From Podarcis muralis (taxonomy: Eukaryota): 64,000 nucleotides of DNA. Under the pieces are notes generated by a model that was given only the letters and a program-made list of their open reading frames with translations, was not told the origin of the DNA and searched no databases. The stretch spans positions 16,802,001-16,866,000 of the forward strand of contig NC_135670.1 of assembly GCF_964188315.1 (NCBI RefSeq), written 5' to 3'. Made by a program: the position numbers and the translations under genes. Shown piece by piece: positions 27,258 through 38,700 of this stretch (position 1 is its first letter; every line of letters begins with the position of its first letter).

Positions 27258-30200
27258 CTAGGAAACGAGGACCCCTGTGGAGCTGGCCTTGCCGCCTGAC
27301 CCCTCAGCGCTGTCCTTGGAGGGAGCCTTCTGGTCGTCCTCGCCCATCAGGCGGATGTTGTGTTTTTCCCGGAACTCGTTCAGCTCCCGCCCTTTCGTCT
27401 GCAGCTGCTGGGTCAAGGTCTCTATGATCTTGTTGATCTGCAAACAGGGAAGGAGAGTCAGGACGGGAAAGATGGAGCGCCACATTTTATCTGGGGAGTG
27501 GCAAATGAGGGCTCTGAGCTCCCCGACATCCTCACAAGATCACTTTGCATTTATTTATCCATTTTAAAGGCATTTATAAACCGTCTTGACATTTCAAAAA
27601 TCTCTTTTAAGAATTCTGTTGTGGGCAACCTTCCAGGAGCCACGTGCCACGAGTGGGTGAAGCCAGAGTGAAAAGTGGGCAGCACAATGGATATGACTCT
27701 TCTCTTTATACAGTAGGCTGAAAACTCAAGAGACTTTTGACACCCACTCCATACACATCTCTCTTCATCCTCCCTCCAGGAAGAAAAGAGGCATTAACAG
27801 GGTTCAAGGACACATTCCAGCCAGGCAAGAGCACTGGAGGAGGGCATGGAGCAAGGGGTGTGTGTAGCCCAGGAAGAGGCAGCAGGGCCTGGTGTGAAAA
27901 TACACATCTTAAGTGTCAAAGGCTAAGGTAACTAGGAGCCAGTCGTTTCCCCACTTTCCCCATGGACCACTTGAAAATTGCTTGAGGATCTTGGCGGATT
28001 ACTTAAATGATTTTTTCTGCCGGTTGTAGCAATTATAATTTACTGTGCTAGATGCTGTATGGTTTTCATTTGTATTTTTACAGATGCACCGTGGGCCATC
28101 TGAATGAAGTTTTGGGGCCACTGGTGGGCCACAGACCACAGTCTGGGAAACTCCTGCTGTTTTCCAGCACCATCATTTAACACATCACTATCTAGAACAG
28201 GTCTTCCATACGCAGTCCTACAACTCCCATCAGCCCCAGCCAGCATTGTGTTAAGATGCAGGGGTTGATAGGAGCTGTACTGCAAAATACCTGGAGGGCA
28301 GCAGGGTGGCAAAGTTGATGGAACTAAGAGAGAAGGGGCTCACCCAAGGATCTTAGGGAGATAGGATCTTTCAGGGAGCCTGGGCTCAAGTCATGACTGA
28401 GTTGTTTTTACATTCTCTCTGAGAATTTGGGTAGCAGTGGGAGCGGGAAAGAAATATAACCAAGTTGCATAATGAAGAATCTCTACACACACAAAAACAC
28501 CCGGACATTTGATTGCTTTTTACTTATTCTTCAGCAGGTGCCAAGAATGACAAATGGTGGCAAACAGAAGAATTGAAAACAGCATATATATTTTTAAAAA
28601 ACAAGTCATAAAATCATAGAATTGTAGAGTGGGAAGGGACCCTGTGGATCATCTAGTCCAACCCCCTGCAAGGCAGGAATATTTTGCCCAACGCTGGGCT
28701 TCAACTTATGACCCTGAGATTAAGAGTCTCAAACTCTACTGTGATCTAGTGATGATAGACCAATATGTTTTATGTGAAGTTCATTAACTTCCACTCACAC
28801 AATGGCCTTTGGTGAGTAAAAATCTGCAGCAGGCGAGCAGCTAGAGAAGTTCTTGTAAACTGCAAAAACGCTGGGTCTTCCTTTTCTTTCCAGCCTTCAG
28901 ATGCCAGAAATGACTATCAGTTATATATTATTAGCTTTCCTTATATATATATGCACCTTTTTATCAGTTAATTCAGTTGGCATACTTAGTTCCTTCCTTT
29001 TGCCTCACAACAACCCTGTGAGGTAGATTAGGCTTAGAGAAGGTGACCGACCCAAGGTGACTTACCCCCCACTGAGTTTCATGGCTGAACAGGAATTCAA
29101 ACCTAGGTCTCCCTAGTTTTAGCCATGATAACTAAAGGCAAGTATTGCTGAGGCTAAAGGCATTCCCTGTTCCAAGGAGAAGCAGGGAGTCTGCCCACTG
29201 TCTGCAGAGGCATTACCTGCTCTTTGTTATTTTCCAAGGCTGGGAGAACTTCTTTCACAGTGCGCTCTACCAACACACCTCCCACCATCCGGTAACATTT
29301 CCTAGTAGGGTCCACTTCTCGGAGTGTTTCAATTACCAGCCTGCAAAGTGGAAGAAAGGCAGAATATCTTAGCATTGTACACCAGCTTATGATAAGGACA
29401 GTATCAAAGGATCTAGAAATCCACATGGCCAGGAAGTATACTTGTGACCAGGAGCCTCAAGACTGCAGGGAAAGACATGACACATTGCTGTGCTGCTATT
29501 TTATTATTTCCAAATCTAGCAGTCAAAACTCTGAATTGGGAGCACTTTCGTTCAAAGATGGAAGAAACAAGGCAAAGTTCACTGGGTGGTTCTGGGAAGC
29601 TGTGAAGGGTATCAATGGCTACTAGCCATGATGGCTATGTTTACCATTAGAGGCAGTTTGCCTCTGAGTAACACTCGCTGAGGTGCACAAGTAGGAAAAG
29701 GACTGTTGTATCTTTTTCCTGCTTGGAAGCTTCCCAGAGGCATCTGGTTGGCCATTGTGAGAACAGGATGCTGGACTAGACCCGCCCCCACCCCCCACCC
29801 CTTAGCCTGATCCACCAGCCAGACCAGGGGTCAGCAAACTTTTTCAGCAGGGGGCCGGTCCACTGTCCCTCAGACCTTGTGGGGGGCCTGGCTATATTTG
29901 GGGGGGGGGGGGAATGAACTATTTCCTATGCCCCACAAATAACCCAGAGATGCATTTTAAATAAAAGCATACATTCTACTCATGTAAAAACACGCTGATT
30001 CCTGGACTGTGTGCAGGCCGGATTTAGAAGGCGACTGGGCTGGATCCGGCCCCCGGGCCTTAGTTTGCCTACCCATGAGCCAGACTCATCTGATGTTTTT
30101 TTCTCAATTCTATTTGCAAGGCTGCTTCCAAGAACAGAGAAAACTGCAAAACGACCAAGCAGCAATATCCAAAATTAGCAGGGGGAACAATGTTCAAATC

Positions 30201-32831
30201 CACTGCTTACTTGTGCTCATTCAACTCCATCTCCAGCTCAGCTGCCTTTGAGGCTAGACCTCGCTGCTCCTGACGCAGACGGTTAAATCCAGCTACCACC
30301 TAGAAGGGGAGAAACGTCAGTCACAGCAGGCAAGGGCTTGCACCAGCCACAACTAAGTTAGCATTGACACAGGGACTACAGTGGTACCTCGGGTTACATA
30401 CACTTCAGGTTACAGACTTCGCTAACCCAGAAATAGTGCTACAGGTTAAGAACTTTGCTTCAGGATGAGAACAGAAATAGTGCTCCGGCAGCAGCAGGAG
30501 GCCCCATTAGCTAAAGTGGTGCTTCAGGTTAAGAACAGTTTCAGGTTAAGTACAGACCTCCGGAACGAATTAAGTATTTAACCTGAGGTACCACTGTATT
30601 CACATTGCCCCTTGCTGCTTTTACTTTCCCCACTCTCATACTTTAGACTATAAGGTTCCTTGGGGTTAGAAATCTGCCATGTTTTACTTGAATTGCCAAC
30701 TGAGGCTGCGGTATACATCACAACCATTCCTACCTAAACCCTCCTGAATCACTGCTAAGGTGGAGTATTTTGCTCATGGATCTCTGGACTTTCAAATCAT
30801 TCCATCCCACAGCCCTAGGGTTAGACCAACTGAGAAAAGAAAACGTGTGTGCCATACCTAAGGGTGGTTTGTTTTGTTTTTTTGGCAAGATAGTTTTTAT
30901 TAATGTTCATCTTTAAACTGTTTAACATGGTTGCATTGAGATATACATTTACATTAGAGGATATGGCATGCAACAATTATATAAAATTAAAAATAAAGAT
31001 TAAACAATAAACACTCAGAAAAACATTTCTGAATATAGTAACAAAATTGTGTCAAAAAATATATACCAAAATTACATTGGTACTGTTCTACCATATGCCC
31101 CAGTATTTGTGTATACTGCATACAAATTGTCATGCTTCTTTTGGCTTCTTGCTAATGTTAATTTTTGTGTCACTTTTTCAAATAATGTTGTTTGATAAAT
31201 TGCATAATACCATTGGTCCATAGTTAATAACTGTAATGATTTCCATGTCCTAGCAATGGCTGTCCTTGCAGTGGCTAATAGATGTATTATGAGATCTTTG
31301 TTTCTAATTTGCAACATATTGTGATTATACAAGTCCTGGGTCATGGGGGTTGTTTGCCTTGTGACAAAAGATATTTCTGTAAATAATTTTTCCAGAACTT
31401 TTCAATTTTTGGACCCCCTCACCACATGTGTTGATATGTCCCTCCAATGCGACATCCTCTCTAACACGTGGGAGAAATGTTTGGTTTCTATGGCCTTTTA
31501 AACCAGAAATAGAAGATTGTGGATGGTATTGTTTTTGTTTGTTACTATGTTATGCATTTCTTATGCTTTTATATTGTAAACCAGCCTGTGATCCTCGGAT
31601 GAAGGGCAGTATAATACATACATACATACATACATAGTTAAAAAGGACATATTTGAACATTTCCCACCTGAATTTGCATCTCATTAATGGTAAGCAGTTG
31701 TCCATCTTTGTAAAAATTATTTCAAACAATACAATTGTGGCCCCCCCCCCCAGGTATCTAACTGTATTATAGGCTCTATATTTATTTTTGAAAACCGGAT
31801 GGAACTGTAATGGAATAATGGGTGAGAGGCCTGGGACAAAAAACTTGAAAGTTGTGAATGTGAATGGGTTTGTAAGCAAATGTAAAGAGCAGATTTTAAA
31901 AAAAATGTATTACTTTTATAGGGACACCATTTACTTCTAAGTTCTTTAACCTGCTCCACTGAATTCCCTTATTGCCAAATATTATGTCTGTCATGTGCTA
32001 AGTTGACATGTGTTTTATTAGCAGTTTAGATTTTGGAATCCCCATCCTCCAACAGTTCTGTGAACAAACAGCAATTTTTTTTAATGCTTGGTTGGTCTGA
32101 TTGAAATATGTCTATGTTGTTTTCTTTGCCATTTGGACTTATGGGCTGGTGGAATAAGTATAATTTTAGTTTCGGCCAGCCAGTCCGTGATAGAAAATTT
32201 CATTTTTTCCCAGCATCATATAACCATATTTATTGATTTCCATACTTTGCTATAATGCGTTTAAATTACAGGTAACCTGAATGCCTAAGTAGCTTAAGCT
32301 TTTCCTTCCTATTGGGAGTCATATCTATGTTGTTTTAATCTGTCTTTTAATATTGTGCTTTCATATTAATATTGTTTTAATTGTTGCAATCCGTCCTAGG
32401 GCCTTGGGATGACAGGTGGGTAAAAAATTGCAACAATGATGATGGTGGTGATTATTATTATTGTTGTTAGGACTGCCCGGAGGAAAAGTTAAAAAGATTC
32501 CGCGTGTCTTTTCTCCACTACTACAACGTCCACAGGAGCGGCGCCACCCCTAATAACGGCACCCTTCGCTCTGCACATGCTCAGAAACCCTCCCGCGAAA
32601 CGCGCGGAGGCCAAAGCGGGCTACGGGTTCGGGCTGTTGGACGTCGTGACTTGACGCATCTCCCCCCGGGAAGGGGAACTCTGCACATGCCCAAAGGCAC
32701 TCCCTTTCCTCGCCCCTCCCCGGTACCTGCTCCGCCGTCATGGCCTTGCCGGCGCCCCCAGCCGAAGAAGCAGCGCCGCCGCCGCTGGGAGGAGCCGCCG
32801 GGCCACTTTTCGTCTTGCCGCTCTCCGCCAT
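27258..32831 (-). CDS. PFDN2: Prefoldin subunit 2, complete, 4 coding exons, 165 aa
   Basis: Exons (minus) 32727-32831, 30211-30299, 29217-29340, 27258-27437 (498 nt), GT-AG. Contains VVAGFNRLRQEQRGLASKAAELEMELNEH, RKCYRMVGGVLVERTVKEVLPALENNKEQ and C-terminal GVLVS*. AATAAA (minus) at 27126-27131. Confidence 0.96.
28612..28745 (-). mobile_element. tRNA-Lys(CTT)-headed SINE with CR1-derived tail (degenerate)
   Basis: Minus strand GAGACTCTTAATCTCAGGGTC...GTTGGGCA followed by a CR1-type 3' tail. Confidence 0.7.
29825..30077. mobile_element. hAT (Charlie-like) MITE
   Basis: Ends CAGGGGTCAGCAAAC / GTTTGCCTACCCATG with a perfect 8-bp TSD AGCCAGAC. Confidence 0.88.
30379..30596. mobile_element. 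Tc1/mariner (Tigger-like) MITE
   Basis: TIRs CAGTGGTACCTC with TA TSD. Confidence 0.9.
30890..32260 (-). mobile_element. Degenerate L1/Tx1-like LINE 3' region
   Basis: Fragmentary ORF2 C-terminal peptides (HLLATARTAIARTWKS; HMWW-like motif near 31400) and an A-rich end near 30890. Boundaries approximate. Confidence 0.55.
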
Positions 32832-33500
32832 CTTCCTTCACTTGGCCAGGCCCTCGAGAGACATAAGGCCAGCCTAACAACGCCACAACTTCCGGGGCGA
32901 GAGAGGTCACTGCCTTCCCTCGTGACCGGAAGGATCCGCGTTTCTGCGTCCGCCGACGCACTTTGGGGCTTCAATCTCCTGCCGCCATATTTGTTAAGGG
33001 CATACTGGGTTTCACACCCAGTAGAAGTGAGGAGCCCGAAGCTTGAGAGAACGACGCGAAATAAAGACACAGATAAAGAAATGGCCATTAATGAAATTAC
33101 CGGAAACATACGAACTTTATAGGTAGTGGTGGCGGTGGAGTCCTTTCTTATGTAATCCCAAAAGCGCCATTTTGCTTGAGGGCGCGGCTTTATCAAATCA
33201 GCACCATCTTTGTTCTGGGCTACAAGTTCCTCGCGCCGCCCTTTTAAAAGCCATGATTTCTATTCGTTGGAGTCAGGAAGAGATAAAAAAGTGTAGAACT
33301 GCACATGGACTTCTCAGGCTGGAACATTTCCGGGTTTTCTTTGGAAATTTCTAGCGGGGTCAGAATTGCGAGTCGTTGATAGAAATCAATGGAGAAATTC
33401 AGGATTTTAAATATAACTGCGCTAGTTACAGCAAACGCGTTCAACAAACCGTAAGCAGAAGGCAATAAGCCAACAGTGAGGCGCTCAAGCATTTTCTGAC
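32480..33500. promoter_or_regulatory. CpG island / bidirectional promoter region of PFDN2 and NIT1
   Basis: CpG-rich; ETS/GABP-type ACTTCCGG at 32888 and CCGGAAG at 32926; YY1-type GCCATNTT at the PFDN2 ATG, 32984 and 33166; the two genes are head-to-head. Boundaries approximate. Confidence 0.75.
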
Positions 33501-35707
33501 TCTGCATCTTATTTAGTGTGTGTGGGGAGGTAGTAATAAAAATACTGTATATATTTTAAAGCGTTTTTCTGAGTGGGGAAGAGATCCCTGCCGATGCCAG
33601 AACATATATGTAAATTAGCCCCATATTTGGGAGATGGGCTGCGGTTTTTAATTTATCATTGCTTTTTAAAAATGTTTTACATAGTAGTTTTTAATTGTTT
33701 TTACCAATATTTTTAAATTGTTTCACAGTATTCTTTTTCTAAACTGCTTTGAGGTATATAGATTTTATTTAAAACAAAATACTTAAATCGAGTCTCACTC
33801 TCATATCCTCTCCCAGGCCAAATTCAGAGCTCAGTTGCATGCAGAACCTCACATGCAGACACTTTGCACTTTTAAATGTCTAAAATCTTTAAAGGTTTTC
33901 TAATCAGAATAAGAACTGAAGTAGAAGGAGGATGAGCTCCTGCCTTCCTTGTTGCTTTTTAGAATTATTATTTTCAAAAAGTTTAGCTGCTGTGCTCCCC
34001 AATCACTGCTATGTTGAAAATCCTGGATTTCTCCTCTGATCTCTGTGATGAACCTTCACTTTAAAAACAAAAAAAACTTGTACAGACACCTGAAACTGGC
34101 CTCACTTGTCAACCTATATAGAGTATTAAGTCCAAGTAGAGATTTTTTGCCCACCATTTTTAGTATGGGCTCCACTACGCAGAAGCGCCATATTTGTTTG
34201 GGGACAGGTCTACTTCCGGACTGGACTTTCCCCCCTGGCTTTTAGGGGAGCAACGGCAGCTGCTGTCATTTTTTTCTTTTGCTCCATGTAATCACTGCGG
34301 GTGAATCTTTTGGAGGGGGAGTTTGTTAATGACTGTAATGGGGGGGAAAAGAGAAAGTTGACTGTTACTTTTTGATCTGGGAATTGGAAGGGTGAGATAA
34401 AGGGAGGGGAATTTAAAAGCAGCTCTGAGCAAAATGATGCAAGAGGCATGAAAGAATAACTATAAAATAATATAATAAAAATAATATCAAGTAAACCTGA
34501 TTTATGGAGGGAGGTGGGAAGAAGAAAGGGAAGTCGAGAAAGAATATACAGTAATTGGTTTTGCCCTGTGGAACTCCTTGCCCATGTATGGTGAAGGGTA
34601 ATGATAGGGTTTGAAACCTTATCCTTTTTATTTTTATTTTAGATTTATTATCTTTAATTTCTAGCTTTTTTATCAGGCCCTTCTCTTGTCCTTTTAACTG
34701 CACCCATCCGCCAGGGATTCTTTAGTTGTGATTCCTGCATTGCAGGGGGTTTCCAACTGGATATGATTCCGTGATCCTGACACATAGAAATGGAACACTG
34801 GAAAGCTTTTTTCGGGGTTCCTCTGCATGGCATGACAAATTTTAGCTGCAATGTCTATGTGCTGGCTTACTGTGAAAAAGCAGAGCCTGCTGGCTTTGCG
34901 TTAACTTTTCCCTGAGCAGAACCACCCTGAGACATTTTCCCACCCCACCTCGTATCAATATGTGATCTGAAAGGTGTGCTACAGGACCTTCAACATCTCC
35001 CCTGATGTGAGGGATGCAAGGGTGCAGCTATCTGACTGTGCATCATTTCCTTGGCAACTGAACCAAAGGGGTCTTTCTACATGAGTTTCTCATCTCTTAA
35101 ACTGATGGGGACTGAGCCCGCTTCTTAAATACTTCTGGTGCAAGGAATAGATGTCACTCAGAGTTCTGAGTCGCTTTCTTCTCTGTTTTGCCCTTAGGCA
35201 GAAGTAGCCTCTGCAGACTCCCTATCTGCATAGGAGAAAAGCAGGCAAGGGGAGGCCCTCCCTCTGCTCATTTTCCAGCTCCAAATCACCCTCTTCTCTA
35301 CTGCTTTCCTGCCTGTGAAAGAACGGATGAGGGAGACCCAGTATCTTTCCCCCTGAATCTGTGTATGACTGAAGGAAAAAGGAAAAGAGTTAGGCTGTCA
35401 TGTCCAGCTGGACTCATTTACTCTTAATTTACTCCTAAATTGCTTTTTAATACTTTTGTTTCATTTTTTAAAAATAAAATAATCAGAGGCAAGAAACACA
35501 AACCCCCTTATATCTAGGTGAATCCTGCAGTGTTCTGCTTTGTGGAACACTATTTTTCTCTTGCTGGTTGCTGGTGGGAGTTGTAGTCCAAAATAGCCAG
35601 AAGGCACCAGGTCAGGGAAGGCTGTTCTAGGTCCCCTTTGTGTTGGAGGCCTGCATTTCCCAGATGCTTTGAAAGAAGATGTGTTTTTCCCCCATTGCCT
35701 CCTCTAG

Positions 35708-38700
35708 GTTGAGAGCGGTGGTCCAGAAGCCATTGCAAACACTTTGCCTCGCTGGTGGGAAGCCATTTGCAAGGATCCAAAGCCGAGCCCCTGGCCACAG
35801 GTAACTGGCCTCTGCGAAGATGTAAGAACTGACAACGACATTTGTATATTTTAAGAGCTCAGGGTCTCTCCACCACTCTATACGCCTGAGAGGTAGTTTG
35901 GGCTGATACCGTACAGCCCCAGGAGATCAAGTAGCCTGCATGCTTGAGCAGGGATTTAAATATCAGAGCGTATTTGCAGGAAACAAACCATACTTAGTCA
36001 AACCAGCCTGTGCATGAGCTCAAACTGTCTCTACATTGCTCTTCCCTTTCTTGAGCAGGGAGACAAACCACGGAGTGGCTGGCTTAATGTGGTGCTTGTG
36101 TGGGTTTTCACAGTCCGTTCTGCTTTCTCCCCTGCTGCTCCAGATTCAAAGCCATGTCCACGGGGGGCGCAGGACCCCTGAAGCCCCTTATCGCTGTCTG
36201 CCAGATGACCTCCACTCCCGACAAAGCCCACAACTGGGCATCCTGCTCGCAGCTCGTCCGGGAGGCTGCCCAGAGGGGGGCCTGTGTTGTCTTCCTCCCG
36301 GAAGCCTTTGACTTCATTGGCAGCAGCGTGGAGGAGGCCCTGAGCCTAGCTGAGCCCCTGGAGGGAGACCACCTGCAGCGTTACGTCGGGCTGGCCAGGT
36401 AGGGCTTGCTGGGGCTGCCCTGTGTGGATGTAGCAGGGCTTTGTGAGAGTGTGGCAGAGGCAATGGCCAGGCACTTGCAGGTAACCCCCCCCAACCCCAT
36501 TTCTCCTCTTTTGACAGGGAATGTGGTGTCTGGTTGTCCCTTGGAGGCTTCCATGAAAGAGGCAGTGATTGGGAGAGCACAGGAAGGATCTACAACTGCC
36601 ATCTCCTCTTGGATTCCAAAGGTGACAAAATTGTCTTAGTATAGGACGCCTTCTCTCCCCAAACTGCCCAAATCTCCCTAAACCACTCCTTCCTTCCCAC
36701 CCTCTTTCTCGCAATCAGTTCTTCACTAACCAAATGGCACATTCATTTTCAATTTCATTTATTCCGTTTATATCCCACCTTTTCCTCCAAGATGGCGTAC
36801 ATTGTTCTCCCTGCAATTTTATCCTTACAACAACTCCGTGAGGTAGCTTAGGCTAAGGGACGGTGATTGGCCCAAGGTCACCCAGTGAGTTTCATCGCTG
36901 AGTGGGGATTTGAACCCCAGTTTCTCCCAGGTCTAAGGGACGCGGGTGGCGCTGTGGGTTAAACCACAGAGCCTAGGACTTGCTGATCAGAAGGTCGGCG
37001 GTTCAAATCCCCGCGACGGGGTTGCTCGGTCCCTGCTCCTGCCAACCTAGCAGTTCGAAAGCACGCCAAAAAAGTGCAAGTAGATAAATAGGTACTGCTC
37101 CGGCGGGAAGGTAAACAGCGTTTCCGTGCGCTGCTCTGCTGGCCACATGACCCAGAAGATGTACGCTGGCTCCCTCGGCCAATAAAGCGAGATGAGCGCC
37201 GCAACCCCAGAGTTGGGCATGACTGGACCTAATGGTCAGGGATCCCTTTACCTCTACCTTCTCCCAGGTCTTAGTCTGACACTCTTATCTGCTACAGCAT
37301 ACTGGCTGTCTCATGCAACACTGGTGTCAGAAGAGCTGCCTCCTGAAACCAGCCAGCAGGGAAGGGATAGAAACACTCTGGCCTGCCTCTTCCTTTCAGC
37401 TTCCCTGCAGCTCCCATGGCTAGCCTCACTATGTTGATGCCTTAGCAGCCATGAAACCATAAGGACCACCGGCCCCCGCCTTCCAAATCTACTAATCTTA
37501 TCCTTCTCTCCTCGGGGAGGCTGGCCTCAGGAACCCTGGTGGCTGCCTATCGGAAGACTCATCTTTTTGACGTAGAGATGGAGGGGCGAGTGTCCCTGAA
37601 GGAAAGCGCCTTCACCAACCCAGGCTCCAAGATAGTGGCTCCTGTGGAGACCCCGGCTGGAAAGGTACGTGTAAAATATTCCAGAGACAGGTGTTGGTTA
37701 CATCGTTTTAGACCAACAAGCCAAGCAAAGTTCAATGCAAAGCGTGGTGGTGGTTTTTTTAATTTTAAAAAATAAGTTTGTAATTAATCTGGAGTTTGGG
37801 ATGAGCAGCGAGGTGGCCAAGTTTGCTGCTGATACCAGATGGTTCAGGGTGGTTAAAATAAAGAGGGATGGTCAGGAGCTTCAAAAAAGATCTCTCCAAA
37901 CTGGACAAAGGAACATTAAAATGGCAAACGTAGTACTGCAAATCAGGGCAAAAAAAATTCCTAAAATTCATACACGCAGGTGCAGGCAGGACAGACAAGA
38001 GAAGGCACAGTACTTCATGATGCAGCACAGAATTCAACTATGGAACTCCCTTCCACAGGAGGCAGTGCTGGGCATCAACTTGGATAGCTTCAAAAGAGGA
38101 TTAGAACAAATCACGGAGGAGAAGGCTATTAACAGCTATGGGCCACAGTGGCTATACAGTCATACCTCATGTTACGTTTGCTTCAGGTTGAGCGTTTTCA
38201 GGTTGCGTCCTGTGGTGACCCAGAAGTACCAGAAAGGGTTACTTCCAGGTTTCGCCGCTCGCGCATGTGCAGACGCGCAAAATGACGTCATGCGCAGAAG
38301 TGGCGAATCGCGACCCATGCACGCGCAGACGCGGGTTGCGTTCTGCTCATGTTGCAAACAGGCCTCTGGAACGGATCCCGTTTGCAACCAGAGGTACCAC
38401 TGTATTTTACTTTCACTGTCAGAGGCAGTTAGTCTCTGAATGCCAGTTGCAGAGAATCACAGGTGGGGAGAAGTCTGCGCTCAGGCTTCCTTGCTCTGGG
38501 GCTTCCCACTGGGGCATCTGGTTGGGCATTGTGAGAGCAGGATGCTGAACTAGATGGCCCATAGGTCTGACCCTGCACCCAGGCACTTCTTATGTTCAGA
38601 CTTATGTAGGCTGCCAAAGGCTCTTCCCCAACATAAAAATTTGGAATGATTCATTATTGTGGTCTACAGACTAAGATCAGGAAAATCAGAAATATAGGTA

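Noticed and set aside
32984-34204. CRISPR-like array reading of the recurrent 18-mer
   Set aside because: Copies are degenerate and irregularly spaced, lie in vertebrate promoters, and have no cas genes nearby.
37735-38439. 234-aa ORF as a novel gene
   Set aside because: It is a chance fusion of a CR1 ORF2 remnant and a Tigger-like MITE inside a NIT1 intron.
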